A stretch of 64,000 nt of DNA from the NCBI GenBank assembly GCA_964016885.1, contig OZ024754.1:39370001-39434000 (forward strand). The letters run 5' to 3'. Made by a program: the position numbers and the translations under genes. This stretch comes from Eledone cirrhosa. Its lineage: Eukaryota. How positions within the stretch are numbered: position 1 is the stretch's first letter; the number at the start of each line of letters is the position of its first letter. Below, piece by piece: positions 37,803-51,600 of this stretch. Under the pieces are notes generated by a model that worked only from the letters and a program-made list of their open reading frames with translations, was not told the DNA's origin and ran no database searches.

Positions 37803-39426
37803 TATATATAGAGAGAGAGATGAATGTACATTGATACACAGGCCAACACATTTATATTTAAATAATGTTTGTTTTTTAATGAAATAAGAGGATAATGAAA
37901 AACAATTTTTAATTTTAATGTTTTTTTTTTTTTGGCACAACAATATATAGCTTAATTACTAGATTAAAATGCAAACACAATGGCCATTACGATTAAGTAA
38001 TTGAAAGAATGAAGATTAGAAAGTGCACAAGCTGTGTGTGTAGTACAGACTGAGCAACTGACCACAATAAAGTACTTGTTGAACAAAGATAACTGGTCTA
38101 ATCTTGTCATTATTAAACTCCTTGGGTAATGGGTGGGTGAGAAGGGGAAGGAAAATGAATATAAACATTACAGGTGTTTCCAAGGAACACACAAGGATAG
38201 CTAGATCTCCTCAGTATTACTGTTGTCCAACAGGCATGTGGCTTAGTGGTTAGGGTGTTGGGCTTATGATCACAAGGTCGTGAGTTCAATTCCTGGACCA
38301 GTTGGGTGAAGTGTGTCTTTGAGCTTCAAGCTTCACATTTTATTTCTCGTTGCTCCAGTTCACTCAGCTGGAAAAAAAATGAGTTTTAACGACACTGGTG
38401 TCAAGCTGTATTCAGCCTTTGCCTTTTTTTTTTAACTTGGACAACATTGGTGGCATGGAGACGAGTGACGGAAGATGGGAGACTGACATGTATAATTGAC
38501 TGCTGGTCTTCTACAAAATTACCTTTGCCCAGGTTTATGCCTCGAAAAAAAGGAACTTTCCACAAGCAAATACATAGTCAACAGATTAGCTTCTGCTTCT
38601 TCTTTCACAATTAAAATATATACATAGACAAGGAGGTTTTTATACTTAATATTATATACTAAACAGTAGCTAAATGGACGGTAGCATTAACTATATTATT
38701 GCGCCTTTTCCTGTATTAGAAAACAGAAACAAAGAAGAAAAAAATATTTTCAGAAGTCCTTGATAATTTGATTTTACAGACAGTAACATTGAAACCCACC
38801 TTTTCATATTTGGCAATACTCAACTTAGACATCAGCATCTGAATAATGATAATAATAATAATAGTAATAATAATAAATGATGATGATGATGATGATGATT
38901 TTGATGATGAAAATGGTGGTGGCAATTATGATGATGATGATGATGGTAGTGATGATGATGATGATAATCATGGTGGCAATTATGATAGTAATAATTATAA
39001 TAGTTATGAAAATAATAATAATAATAATGATAACAACAACAACAATAATAATGATAGTAATGGCACTAAAACAACAATAATAATAATAATAATAATAATT
39101 GTTTCTACATTTGGCACAAGGCCAGCAATTTTTGGGGAGAGGGGAAAGTCGATTAAATGAACCCCAGTACATTACTGGTGCTTTATTTTATCAACCTCAT
39201 AAGGATGAAATGCAAAGCTAACCTCGGCAGGATTTGAACTCAGAACATAAATGGGTGTTACACTATGCTGCTAAGCATGTTGTCCGGCGCTCTACCGATT
39301 CTGCCAATCCACCACTTAATAATAAGGATAATAATAATAAAATTAAATAAAAGCACAAAACCGGAGGGGTCAGGGGTGTGTGACTTTTTAAAAAGGTAAA
39401 AAAAGAAGAAAGAAGAAAAAAATGTA

Positions 39427-39601
39427 CCGTATTTCCCGGCGACAAAGACACTTCATCTGCGAGGACACACCCTAATTTTGACAACCAAATATTTGAAAAA
39501 AAAAAAAAAATATTAAACAACCTTCGGCCGCCAGGACCCATGGTAGATTTTTGAGATTTATTTTAGGTAAAAAGTAGCGTCTTCGATGCTGGGAAATACG
39601 G
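39427..39601. mobile_element. Tc1/pogo-type MITE
   Basis: TIRs CCGTATTTCCCGGCGACAAAGAC / GTCTTCGATGCTGGGAAATACGG, with TA on the left. Confidence 0.7.
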
Positions 39602-40495
39602 TGTTTTAAAAAGGTTTAGACGAAACGAGTTTACCTCTTTTACCTCTTTATTATTTAATAAAGAGGTGCCAAACAGAGATTGTTGGAATGGATCTGTCAG
39701 ATCTTTGCTAAGATAAGAAGTAAATTTCTATTACAAACAAAACTCAGCCAACTGTATCACCAATAAGTCAACAATATTTATAATGTTATTTTTTTTCTTT
39801 TGAGTCTGACTGAAATCAGCTCATACCAACCACTGAAAATACAAAATATAACTTTTTTTTCTTTTTCAGTTTTTATATTATTTTTTGTGTATGTTTTTGT
39901 TTTTGTTTTGTTTGCTTCTTATGGACATGAAATTAAGAAACAAAATGACACAGGTTTTTTTTTTTTTTCTAGAGCAAAATTCAACATGGGGGAGTGGATG
40001 TAGGAGTAAGGGGCGAAAGGGATGGTGTAAGAGAAAAAAAAAAGCCAGAGCCAGAATGTTGATGTTGATGATGATGATAATGATGTTGACAATGATGGTG
40101 TTGTTGTTGATGGTGGTGATGATGATGATGATGACAATGATAATGATCATGATGATGATGATGTAACTAAGAGATTTTTTTTTTCTTTCTTTCTTTCTGC
40201 TAGTATGTATCACAAAACCTTCAAGAAATCAAATGAACACTTTATATAAAGCTAAATCAAAGAATTATTAGAGATGCTTAAATATACAAATTATTTTTCA
40301 GACCAGTTATTATATATATATATATATCTTTTTTTGAAATCATTTTCTTCTTTTATTATTTATCCAAACGAATTTTTTTCTTTTATGATAATGTTCATAA
40401 TTTTCAACAAATGAAAACTATATTGATGTTATTCTTACATTAGAACAAGTATTGGTGTGAATGATAGTGTGCAAGAGGCCAGCTAAACCTGCCTT

Positions 40496-40535
<40 letters not shown>

Positions 40536-41149
40536 AATGTGTATATACAATGTTGGTAGCTCCAGCAGTTAGTAAAAACTATGACAGAAATAGTAGCTCT
40601 GCAATGGAGTCAAAGTTTAATTATGAAGAAAATTCATTATTATTATCTTTTTTTTTTTTGGTTTATTTTAACAGAATATCTTTTAAATCATTAATATTTT
40701 TTTTTTTTTGTTTTCACTTTCACTCACATTTTATTTATTTAGCAAAAATGAAAAGAAGAAAGAAAGAAAATGATATCAAGGAAACAGGAGTATTAAAGTT
40801 ACAGATGAGGATTTTTTTTTTTGATTTGTAACTACAACACAAATGCTAGATAGCAGCATCTCACATTTCTCAACAAACAATCTTCTTCTTGTTTACTTAC
40901 TTAAAAAAAATAAATAATACCCAATAATAAGGATTTCTAATATAGGCACAAGGCCAGCAATTTGGGTGGAGGGGGAATTTAACTGATTCGACCCCAGTGT
41001 CTTACAGGTACTTTATTTTATCGACGCCGTAAGGATGAAAGGCAAAGCTAACCTCAGTAGAGTTTGAACTTAGACCGTAAAGGGCCGTAACACTCTGCTG
41101 CAAAGCATAGCATCCGACCCTCTACCAATACTGCCAATCCACTACCTTA

Positions 41150-41182
<33 letters not shown>

Positions 41183-41212
41183 TCTACTAGAGGCACAAGG
41201 CCAACAATTTTG

Positions 41213-41805
41213 ACCTCGTTCGCCATGGCAACCAGGCTAATAATATGTATGTCGGGTGACTCTTGAGTGCTACTGGTAACATGTAACCCAGTACAACCTG
41301 TCGCATGGTCGGGTCGTCGGCGACTAAACCGGCAACCCCACCAAGTTCATTTGGCGAGGAGGGTGATTTTGGACACCCTGCAGGACAAAAAACAAAACCT
41401 GACAAAGGGCAGAAGAACTCATAAGAGTCAACGGCCATTCAAAAGTGTATAAATATGTATATACACATGTACCGCGCGGTTACACCACTGGGAGTGAAGG
41501 ACCCCTAGCCTTTGTCAGGGCATTCTTCTAGGAGAAGGCATCTCAGGAAACTGGGATAACTCCGATATAAAACCTGCAGCTCACCAGTTACCGATGATGT
41601 TGATCTTTTCTTCTTTTCGGGTTATAGCTACTGTCGCTCAGAGAGTGGGATTGGCTCAGTGCACAGTCGTTCCTTACTTTAAAAAATATCTTCACGCACA
41701 GGCATTGCACGATAGAATTAATTAATAATGGTATATCGTGTAATGGCCATACTCGATAACGAGGGGGCAGCCATCATGTATGTATGTATGTATGTATGTA
41801 TGTAT
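41213..41805 (+). mobile_element. Non-autonomous retroelement with (ATGT)n tail
   Basis: GC-rich block of about 570 bp ending GGCCATACTCGATAACGAGGGGGCAGCCATC(ATGT)n; the same 3' end recurs at about 57645-57685. Confidence 0.6.
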
Positions 41806-41828
41806 GTGTATATATATATATATATATA

Positions 41829-42172
41829 TCATTTTCATCATCATTTCATTTTACGTCCGCTTTTTCCCTGCTTGCAAGGGTGGGACGGGAACTGATTCTG
41901 GCTTGATTTCTACAGCTGGATGCCCTTCCTAACACCAACCTCATTTACAGTGAGTGCTGGGTGCTTTTTTGCCGTGGCACCTCCACGACCACTTTGCAGT
42001 GGAATGATAGGGACCCCTGTCCCTATCATCTCATTTCTACAGCTGAGTAAACTGGAGCAATGTGAAATAAAGTCTCTTGCTCAAGAAAACAACACATCAC
42101 CCGGTCTGAGAATTGAACTCACAACCTTTCGATTGCAAGGCCAATGCTCTAACCACTAAGCCATGTGCCTCC
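41829..42172 (-). mobile_element. SINE family A, full length
   Basis: Reverse complement of 60554-60889. Confidence 0.9.
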
Positions 42173-42214
<42 letters not shown>

Positions 42215-42584
42215 TTATGCATATGCACTTGTGTGTGTGTGCGCGTATGTGTATGTGTATATATATTTATAGTAATATGCTAGAGTGGTCTGACGTTATA
42301 CCTCTGTAGTTAGACAACATATATTTTCCATGTATCTCTCTCTATAACATTATGACATCTTTTTAAATATAAACATATCCTCTGGCTGCTGGTTGTTGAG
42401 TGATTTGGTGAGACTTACAATGAGACTTTTACTTATAAATAACTGGTTTTGATAAGTCCCAATAAGGGACGAAACGTTTGTAATTCAATATTTAATATAG
42501 AAACGTATTTGGTAATTACTTTAATGAATAATTTGCTTCATATGTAATTATTATTTTTAACACAATAGGGTTTTGTACACATGC

Positions 42585-43310
42585 TTGTTTGAATGTCCTT
42601 CTTAATGCCAACCTCAATTACAGTGAGCACTGGGTGCTTTTTGTCATGACACCTACAAAACCTCTATACAGTGTGGACTGGGTGCTTTTTGTCATGACAC
42701 CTACAAGACCTCTTTACAGTGTGGACTGGGTGCTTTTTGTCATGACACCTACAAGACCTCTTTACAGTGTGGACTGGGTGCTTTTTGTCATGACACCTAC
42801 AAGACCACTTTACAGTGAGGGCTGGGTGTTTTTTGTCATGACACCTTAAGACCTCTTTATAGTGAGGACTGGGTGTTTTTTGTCAAGACACCTACAAGAC
42901 CTCTTTATAGTGAGGACTGGGTGTTTTTTGTCAAGACACCTACAAGACCTCTTTATAGTGACGAGTGGGTGCTTTTTATCATGACACCTAGAATACCACT
43001 TTACAGTGAGGGCTGGGTGTTTTTTGTCATGACACCTAAGACCACTTTACAGTGTGGACTGGATGCTTTTTGTCATGACACCTACAAGACCACTTTACAG
43101 TGTGGGCTGGGTGTTTCTTGTCATGACACCTAAGACCACTTTACAGTGGGGGCTGGATGTTTTTGTCATGACACCTACTAGACCACTTTACAGTGGGGGC
43201 TGGATGTTTTTGTCATGACACCTACTAGACCTCTTTACAGTGTGGACTGGGTGCTTTTTGTCATGATACCTACAAGACCAGTTTACAATGAGGGCTGTGT
43301 GTTTTTTGTA
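42585..43310 (-). repeat. SINE-A-derived 48-bp minisatellite, about 14-15 copies
   Basis: Repeated unit CTGGGTGCTTTTTGTCATGACACCTACAAGACCWCTTTACAGTGTGGA; it is the reverse complement of the module at 30692. Confidence 0.9.
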
Positions 43311-43619
43311 TATATACTTATAAAATATCGTAAAATTGTAGGAATCTTAAACACGGAAAGAGCTGTAAAACAGCCAGCATTTGAGATTCCTACAATTCTA
43401 CTTAAACTTTTACACACTCATTGCTCCAATTCATTTCATATCATGTTGTTTACACACACACACACATATATATACACACAAACACATACATAGATATGTA
43501 TTACACTAACTGTACAGCCAGAGAAACTACTGTACCTCTAGATATATAGGAGGAATAAATATACATCTTTATAAGAGAAATATATAAAGTAAAGGAATGA
43601 ATCCAGTGTAATATACAAA

Positions 43620-44125
43620 TATACTAGCTATAAAACTGTAGTGTATTGTACTATTATACTAGCTATAAAACAGCATAAAACTGTAGTGTATTGTACTATT
43701 ATACTAGCTATAAAACAGCATAAAACTGTAGTATATTGTACTATTATACTGGTTTTAAAACAGCATAAAACTGTAGTGTATTGTACTATTATACTAGCTA
43801 TAAAACAGCATAAAACTGTAGTATATTGTACTATTATACTGGTTTTAAAACAGCATAAAACTGTAGTGTATTGTACCATTACAGTAGCTATAAAACAGCA
43901 TAAAACTGTAGTATGTTGTACTATCATACCGGTTTTAAAACAGCATAAAACTAGTATATTGTACTATTATACTGGTTTTTAAACAGCATAAAACTGTAAT
44001 GTACTAATATACTAGCTATAAAACAGCATAAAACTGTAGTGTACTAATATACTAGCTATAAAACAACATAAAAGTGTAGTGTATGTACTAATATATTAGC
44101 TATAAACTGCATAAAGTTGTAGTGT
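43620..44125. repeat. 45-bp minisatellite, about 11 copies
   Basis: Repeated unit ATAAAACTGTAGTGTATTGTACTATTATACTAGCTATAAAACAGC. Confidence 0.93.
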
Positions 44126-45601
44126 AATAATATAATATTAAATATCTGGCTTTGAACAGCTAACTGAAATAATAGAGATTTGAGTGTTGTTTGTGAAATT
44201 CCAGCAATATACATAGAGATATATAAGAACTACCCTTAGCATGTTAGCAGATGTTATAAAAAGATAAAAATAACAATACCCACACAAGTTAATGACTTCA
44301 TAATTAATAATCTAAACATTAAAACATAATTTTTTAAATTAGTATGTTTGATTAAGTAGACATAATAGGCTAAGAAATAATATTAATTATATATATCTTT
44401 CATTTATATAGAGTTTTATTTAGAAATAATTTTGGGTCATGATTCATTATTAGTCAAGTAACTTTACCAAGGAATAGATTAGCATGATTAATTTTGAGAG
44501 AGTAATGTGGTTATAGCTAAATATTTTTGAAATTTTTTCACAAAATAAAGTTTTTACCCTTTTCAAACCCATCCATCTGAAACTGGGGACTGGTTTTATG
44601 ACAGCAAAATGCTTGTTTTAAAGAGTTCAATCTAAATTAAAACCTCCCATCATAATTTTACATAAGAACCTTTTGTTAGGTAATGTTCCAAACATCAGCT
44701 TACTAATGAAAGAAATTAAGCTGTTACTAAATTACTTCAAATTGTTCGTCATTTTCAAAATAAATTGAAACATGGCTATGTTTCAATTTATTTTAACAAA
44801 ATAAAATATAACTCCAAAATTTATCATTAATTAATGAAGGTGATTTAGTCACATCTAGTACAGCAATGATTTGCATTAATTTGTTACGTGTCCATTCTGA
44901 AGAGTTTCAGAAAGGGTCCATCATAATTTAAAGGAAGAAAAAAAAAAAAGAGTCTTTGTATAGGGTAATTTAGGGTAGTTAGGGGTCTTAATCAAAGTAG
45001 ATCTACAGAGAAATACAATGAAAACAAGATAGGATGTTCTAGATCTGATCTGACAGAAAACAAAAGATTGCTCATGAATGAAATGTGTTGAGAACAAACT
45101 GCTTTCATAGATATACAAGCTTCAAAAATAGTTTCTGAGAAAGTGATAGTAAAAGATATCGTTTTAAAAAATCACATTTTTGTTTTGTTATTGAGTGTTG
45201 ACATATAACATCACAGCTGTGTTGTTTTCTTCAACAAGGTGAGGAGAAAAAAAATTGTGGTCCATTAGAACAGTAACAACTAAAAGTAGCAGCACCTGCA
45301 GCAAATTCTTTTAATGTTGTTGTTGATGTAGTTGTTGTAGATATAGCTGTTGTTGTTACAGTAGTAGTAGTAGTAGTAGTAGTAGTTAGAACTGTGTTTG
45401 TAGTAATAGCTGTTGTTGTAGCAATAGTTGTTGTTGTTGTTGTAGCTGTTGTGATTAAGAAGATAACAGAAAGAAATAATAATAATAATATTTAAAATTG
45501 CTGCTTTTCCTGTTTTATAGCACAACTCTGGTCTCCATTGGCAGTGGCAGATACCAACTTTACTCTTGGCAAGTATGTTTATTGGGTGAAAGAAGAAAAC
45601 T

Positions 45602-45640
45602 TCATGTCTTTTCAAGCAAAGTCTTCAAATCTTCAAAGAG
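45602..45640 (-). CDS. QSER1/PRR12-like terminal coding exon: LFEDLKTLLEKT*
   Basis: Long polypyrimidine tract + tttag acceptor; TGA at 45604-45602. Confidence 0.87.
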   Translation of the reverse strand, partial: LFEDLKTLLEKT

Positions 45641-48600
45641 CTAAACAAAAAGAAAAGAAAAGCTTAAACCTAGAGGAAACCAACAAGAAAGTCACAAAGA
45701 GCAAGGTTGTTTGATCTAAAATGTTAACCTATTTCACACCAACACAGTCAAAATACTGGCTCTGGTTCGACAAAACAAAACCATCTACTTTAAAGAGTTC
45801 CTATTTAAATATAAATATTCCAACATAATTTGATACAAGAACCATATGTTAAGTTACTATCTTAGTAATACAATCTCTATATAAATTTGAGTAACTTTCA
45901 TCCGTCACACAATGTGTGTGTGTAACGGATGAATGTATGTGTGTGTAAAAGGAAGGAAGGTGATGGTGAAAAAACTATAGCAAAACAGCGACTGGCGTTC
46001 CATTTGCTATGCTCAGAGTGGGATTTACGTATAAGCTAAACAAGCTATAGCTTAGGGTCCCCACTTTCTTGGGGCCCCGAAAAAATAAAAATAACAGTGT
46101 GTACATTTCCAAAATATAAGATAAAAAAGAACTAAAATAATGCAATAGTTTTAAACAGTTTTCTGCTTTAATATTGAACGTTTTGCAGTTTTTATAACAT
46201 TTTTTATAACATATAAAGGGCCCCATTATCTCAAATAGCTTAGGGCCTCATCAAATCTAAATCCGGCCCTGGCTATGCTGTGTGTGTGGGTGTATGTGTA
46301 TCTGTTTGTGTGTGAGTGTATGTGTATGTGTGCGTTTGTGTGAATGTATGTGTGTATATGTTTGTGTAAATGTATGTGTGTATATGTTTGTGTGAATGTA
46401 TGTCTGTGAGTGTGCCTGTGTTTGCGCATTTATATTTATATACTATTAAATATAAATATTTTTTTCACACTAGTTTCCTAAACTCTGACAACCAGGCCCT
46501 TTTTTAGAATATATTCTACCAGCCCCTTATCATAAGGTTGGTAAAATAAATTATACATTGAAAATTACATTTTAAAAAAACAAGGCAAATCAAGTTTGGT
46601 CTGCTTAAAATGTAAACCCCTGCCTCCACACACAAAACAACACAACAAGATTAACAGATATATCATATTGCAAGATATGAAATAACAAAAATAGTTGGGT
46701 TTAATTTACCTTGAGGATCCAAGCTCTGTTTTGGAGACACTGATTGATAACTTCAGAATTTTCCAAATAACTGCCACTTTCTTTTATGATGTTAATCTGT
46801 TAATGAGATAGTAGAATCTTTAACCCTTTAGCATTTACATTACTCTAGATTTACTATGGATGAAAGTACGTGGCCTAGTAGTAAGGGTGTTGGACTTATG
46901 ATCGTAATGTTGTGGGTTTGATTCCTGGGCTGGGTTGTGTATTGTGTTCTTGAACAAAACACTTCATTTCAAGTTGCTCCAGTATACTCAGCTGAAAATG
47001 ATTATCAGCAATAGGTGGGGGTTAAACCCTGCAATGGACAGGCGTCCTGTCCAGGAGGGAGTTGTGTACTCTCAGTCACTTCATGCCATGAAACCGGGAT
47101 AAGCACCGGTTCAATGCACTGCTTGCCTAGTGCACAGGGGAGGTTGTCATGTTTTTGACACAACTGTTGGTATGGGTTGGATGGAGACTAGACAAACTGG
47201 CGAGGAACTACATCTTGCTCATACATTCCACTTTTGGTATGATTTTTATGGCTCAATGCCCATCTTAACACCAACCACTTTACAGAGTGTACTGGGTGTA
47301 TTTGAGCATGGTACCACCAATCTAAGATGTATTCAGTGGGGTAATAAAGCAATAGAGCTCACAATCTAAAAGAAATAGTTAAATCAATTGAAACGAACAC
47401 ACAGAGCACAAAACACACACACACAAAGCACAAAACACACACACACAGAGCACAAAACACACATACAGAGCACAAAACACATACACACAGAGCACAAAAC
47501 ACACACACACCGAGCACAAAACATACACACACAGCACAAAACACATACACACAGAGCACAAAACACACACACACACAAAGCACAAAACACATACACACAG
47601 AGCACAAAACACACACACACAGAGCACAAAACACATACACACAGAGCACAAAACACATACACAGAGCACAAAACACATACACACAGAGCACAAAACACAC
47701 ACACACAGAGCACAAAACACATACACACAGAGCACAAAACACACACACACCGAGCACAAAACACATACACACACAGAGCACAAAACACACACACACAGAG
47801 CACAAAACACACACACACACACAAAACACACAGAGCACAAAACACACACAGAGCACAAAACACACACACAGAGCACAAAACACACACACACACAGAGCAC
47901 AAAACACATACACACAGAGCACAAAACACACAGAGCACAAAACACATACACACAGAGCACAAAACACACACACACACAGAGCACAAAACACATACACACA
48001 GAGCACAAAACACACACACACAGAGCACAAAACACACACACACCGAGCACAAAACACACACACACACAAAGCACAAAACACATACACACACAGCACAAAA
48101 CACACGCACACACACAATTTATAGCAGGGAATATTCAATATTCCAAAATAGTAAGAATTTTTTATACTTTCTACCTTTGCTAAGCACCTTTCATAGATGT
48201 GGTACTTGAAATGATATAAGCTGTGGTAGGAGCCAACATACATAGCAGCTGTCTTGCCTATCATGAATTCCTGAAAGAAAAAGGGATATATACATATATA
48301 TATTATTTACACATACTATATATAGATATTATATATTACATACAGAGGGTGGTGGTATGGCAGAGCACCAGACACCATGTTTTGTAGCACAGAGTTGTGG
48401 GCCCTTACGTTCTGAGTTCAAATCCGCCGAGGTTAACTTTGCCTTTCATCCTTACAGGGGTCGATAAAATAAAGTACCAGTAATGCACTGGGGTCAATTT
48501 AATCGACTTTCCCCTGCCCCCAAATTACCGGCCTTGTGCCTATACTAGAAATCATTATTTATACATACTATATATAGATATTATATTATTATATACACAG

Positions 48601-51600
48601 GGCAGTGGTTTGGCAGTATCGGTAGAGCACCAGACACCATGATTTGCAGCATAGAGTTATGGCCCTTTACATTCTGAGTTCAAATCCGCCGAGGTTAACT
48701 TTGCCTTTCATTCTTACGGGGGTCGATAAAATAAAGTACCAGTAATACACTGGAGTAATTGCTGGCCTTGTGCCAAAAGTAGAAACAATTATAGCATTAT
48801 ACACAGTTATTATATATACATGCTGGAAAATGTGCCTGAAGACTCTGTCTTCATGACCCTCCTAGAAATAAGTGGACAAAGAAGAAATATTTATGATCAC
48901 AGATGCATTATTTTTGGGGTGTCTTCTTAATTGTTTTCATCACTTAAAGTCACCATTTCCATTTACCAAATTGGTTCTACAATAAACTCTATAAATCTCT
49001 GAATACAGTCCATGTCAACTTGGAAAATTTGGAACTGGAATGGTCCTCCACCAGTTTCAATGATGAGCATCCAAGTTGTTCGATCAACATAACAGCCTGC
49101 TCATCAAATTAATGAATGAGGAGTTGAGTATTCCACAGACATGTGTACCCTTAACATTAATTGCATCCTTAATTATTTAACACTTTAACCTGTTAGCATT
49201 CTCTCACCTCTTTCTCTTCAAACCAGCCGTAACCAGCTTCTCATACTGAGGTTAAGGTATTGTTCTCAAAATAAATAATATCAAAATCTCATAGATTCGA
49301 TATTATGTAAGATAAAGCCTTTACCGTGAAAATACAATAGTGTATATAGAGGAATGTAAATGCTAAAGGGTTAGCATTTACATTACGCTATATATACTAT
49401 TGTATTTTCATGGTAAAGGCTTTATCTTACATAATATCGAATCTATGAGATTTTGATATTATTCATTTTGAGAACAATACCTTAACATCAGTATCAGCAG
49501 CTGGTTATGGCTGGTTTGAATAGAAAGAAGTGAGGAAATCTTGGCCGGATACGACTAGTTTAAATGCTACAGGGTTAAACAATATAGAGAATAAAGATTC
49601 TCTATATATATAAGATGTTGAAACATTTGTGTACCTGTGCAACATTTGCATTCTCTTCTGGGTCCAGTGAATTCTCTCCAAGATTGTATAGGTCATACGG
49701 TTGACCATATAAATGGATGGACTTTATGGCAGGTTGACTAGCATTTTCACATGCCTGAAAATATAATAGAATCACTTCAGTTATTGATTTCTTCAATCTA
49801 TAAATTGATATCAAACATTTAAAAAGAAGTTTGTTCTGAGTTGATGTTTACCATATATAGACAGATATAAGTAAGTCACCCTCTTATATTTGGCCTCCTG
49901 TCATTTCACTTTATAATACATTTACTCCGTTTCTGCACCATCAACATGATTCAACATTGAACATGGATGAGTTGCATAACATTGAGTGCTTTTCTCATAT
50001 TATGTCATGGTTAACATTCCAGAATAACCAATTCTACCCAGTGGTAAACCACCAAATTTAAACGTATAAATATATATATATAGAGAGAGAGAGAGAGAAT
50101 ATACATATATATAGAGAGAAAATATACATATATATATAGAGAGAGAATATACATATATATAGAGAGAATATACATATATATAGAGAGAAAATATACATAT
50201 ATATATAGAGAGAGAATATACATATATATAGAGAGAATATACATATATATAGAGAGAAAATATACACATATATATAGAGAGAGAGAGGGTCAAACTGTAA
50301 TACTAAAATATTACCTGACAGGATTGCTTTAAATTTGGTCGGTCAAGCTCTCGCATAACAGGTTTCAATTTGAGACAGTCCTGGAGTGAAGAACAGTGGA
50401 AAGTTTGGTTAGATAAAATATCAAATAAAGACATAAATGAGTTTAACAGTAAAAAGAAGGATCAGTGAAGGCTAAAGGGTTAAAAACAGATGTTATAGTG
50501 GAAAGAAATGCAAACTTACTTTAAATTTGTCATTCCAATGGACCTTTGAATCAATTTCATTAACTTTCATATCAATTAGGCTGTCAATTGTCTGCAAGGC
50601 CTTCAGAAAAAATTGATCTTGAAAAGAAGAAAAACCAAAACAACCATGTTATTGTGAATATAAAACTGAAGAGGATTAAAGAGTTAGAACTACAGATAAC
50701 ATTAAAGAGTTAGAACTGTAGATAATATTATAGAGTTAGAACTGTAGATAATATTATAGAGTTAGAACTGTAGATAATATTATAGAGTTAGAACTGTAGA
50801 TAATATTATAGAGCTAGAACTGTAGATAATATTATAGAGTTAGAACTGTAGATAATATTAAAGAGTTAGAACTGTAGATAATATTAAAGAGTTAGAACTG
50901 TAGATAATATTATAGAGTTAGAACTGTAGATAATATTAAAGAGTTAGAACTGTAGATAATATTAAAGAGTTAGAACTGTAGATAATATTATAGAGTTAGA
51001 ACTGTAGATAATATTATAGAGTTAGAACTGTAGATAATATTATAGAGTTAGAACTGTAGATAATATTAAAGAGTTAGAACTGTAGATAATATTATAGAGT
51101 TAGAACTGTAGATAATATTAAAGAGTTAGAACTGTAGATAATATTATAGAGTTAGAACTGTAGATAATATTATAGAGTTAGAACTGTAGATAATATTATA
51201 GAGCTAGAACTGTAGATAATATTAAAGAGTTAGAACTGTAGATAATATTATAGAGTTAGAACTGTAGATAATATTATAGAGTTAGAACTGTAGATAATAT
51301 TATAGAGTTAGAACTGTAGATAATATTAAAGAGTTAGAACTGTAGATAATATTATAGAGTTAGAACTGTAGATAATATTATAGAGTTAGAACTGTAGATA
51401 ATATTATAGAGTTAGAACTGTAGATAATATTAAAGAGTTAGAACTGTAGATAATATTATAGAGCTAGAACTGTAGATAATATTATAGAGCTAGAACTGTA
51501 GATAATATTATAGAGCTAGAACTGTAGATAATATTATAGAGCTAGAACTGTAGATAATATTGTGTAACAGAACTGTGTGTGTGTGTATCCGTGTCTGTAC

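Noticed and set aside
41200-41245. HDV-like ribozyme at the 5' end of the (ATGT)n-tailed element (GACCTCGTTCGCC..GGCTAAT)
   Set aside because: P1, P2 and P3 pairings could not be completed in this copy; a family consensus would be needed.
47359-48264. 301-aa ORF with a Cys/Val-rich tail
   Set aside because: Only the first roughly 30 codons are a real exon; the rest is read-through into an intronic (CA)n compound repeat.
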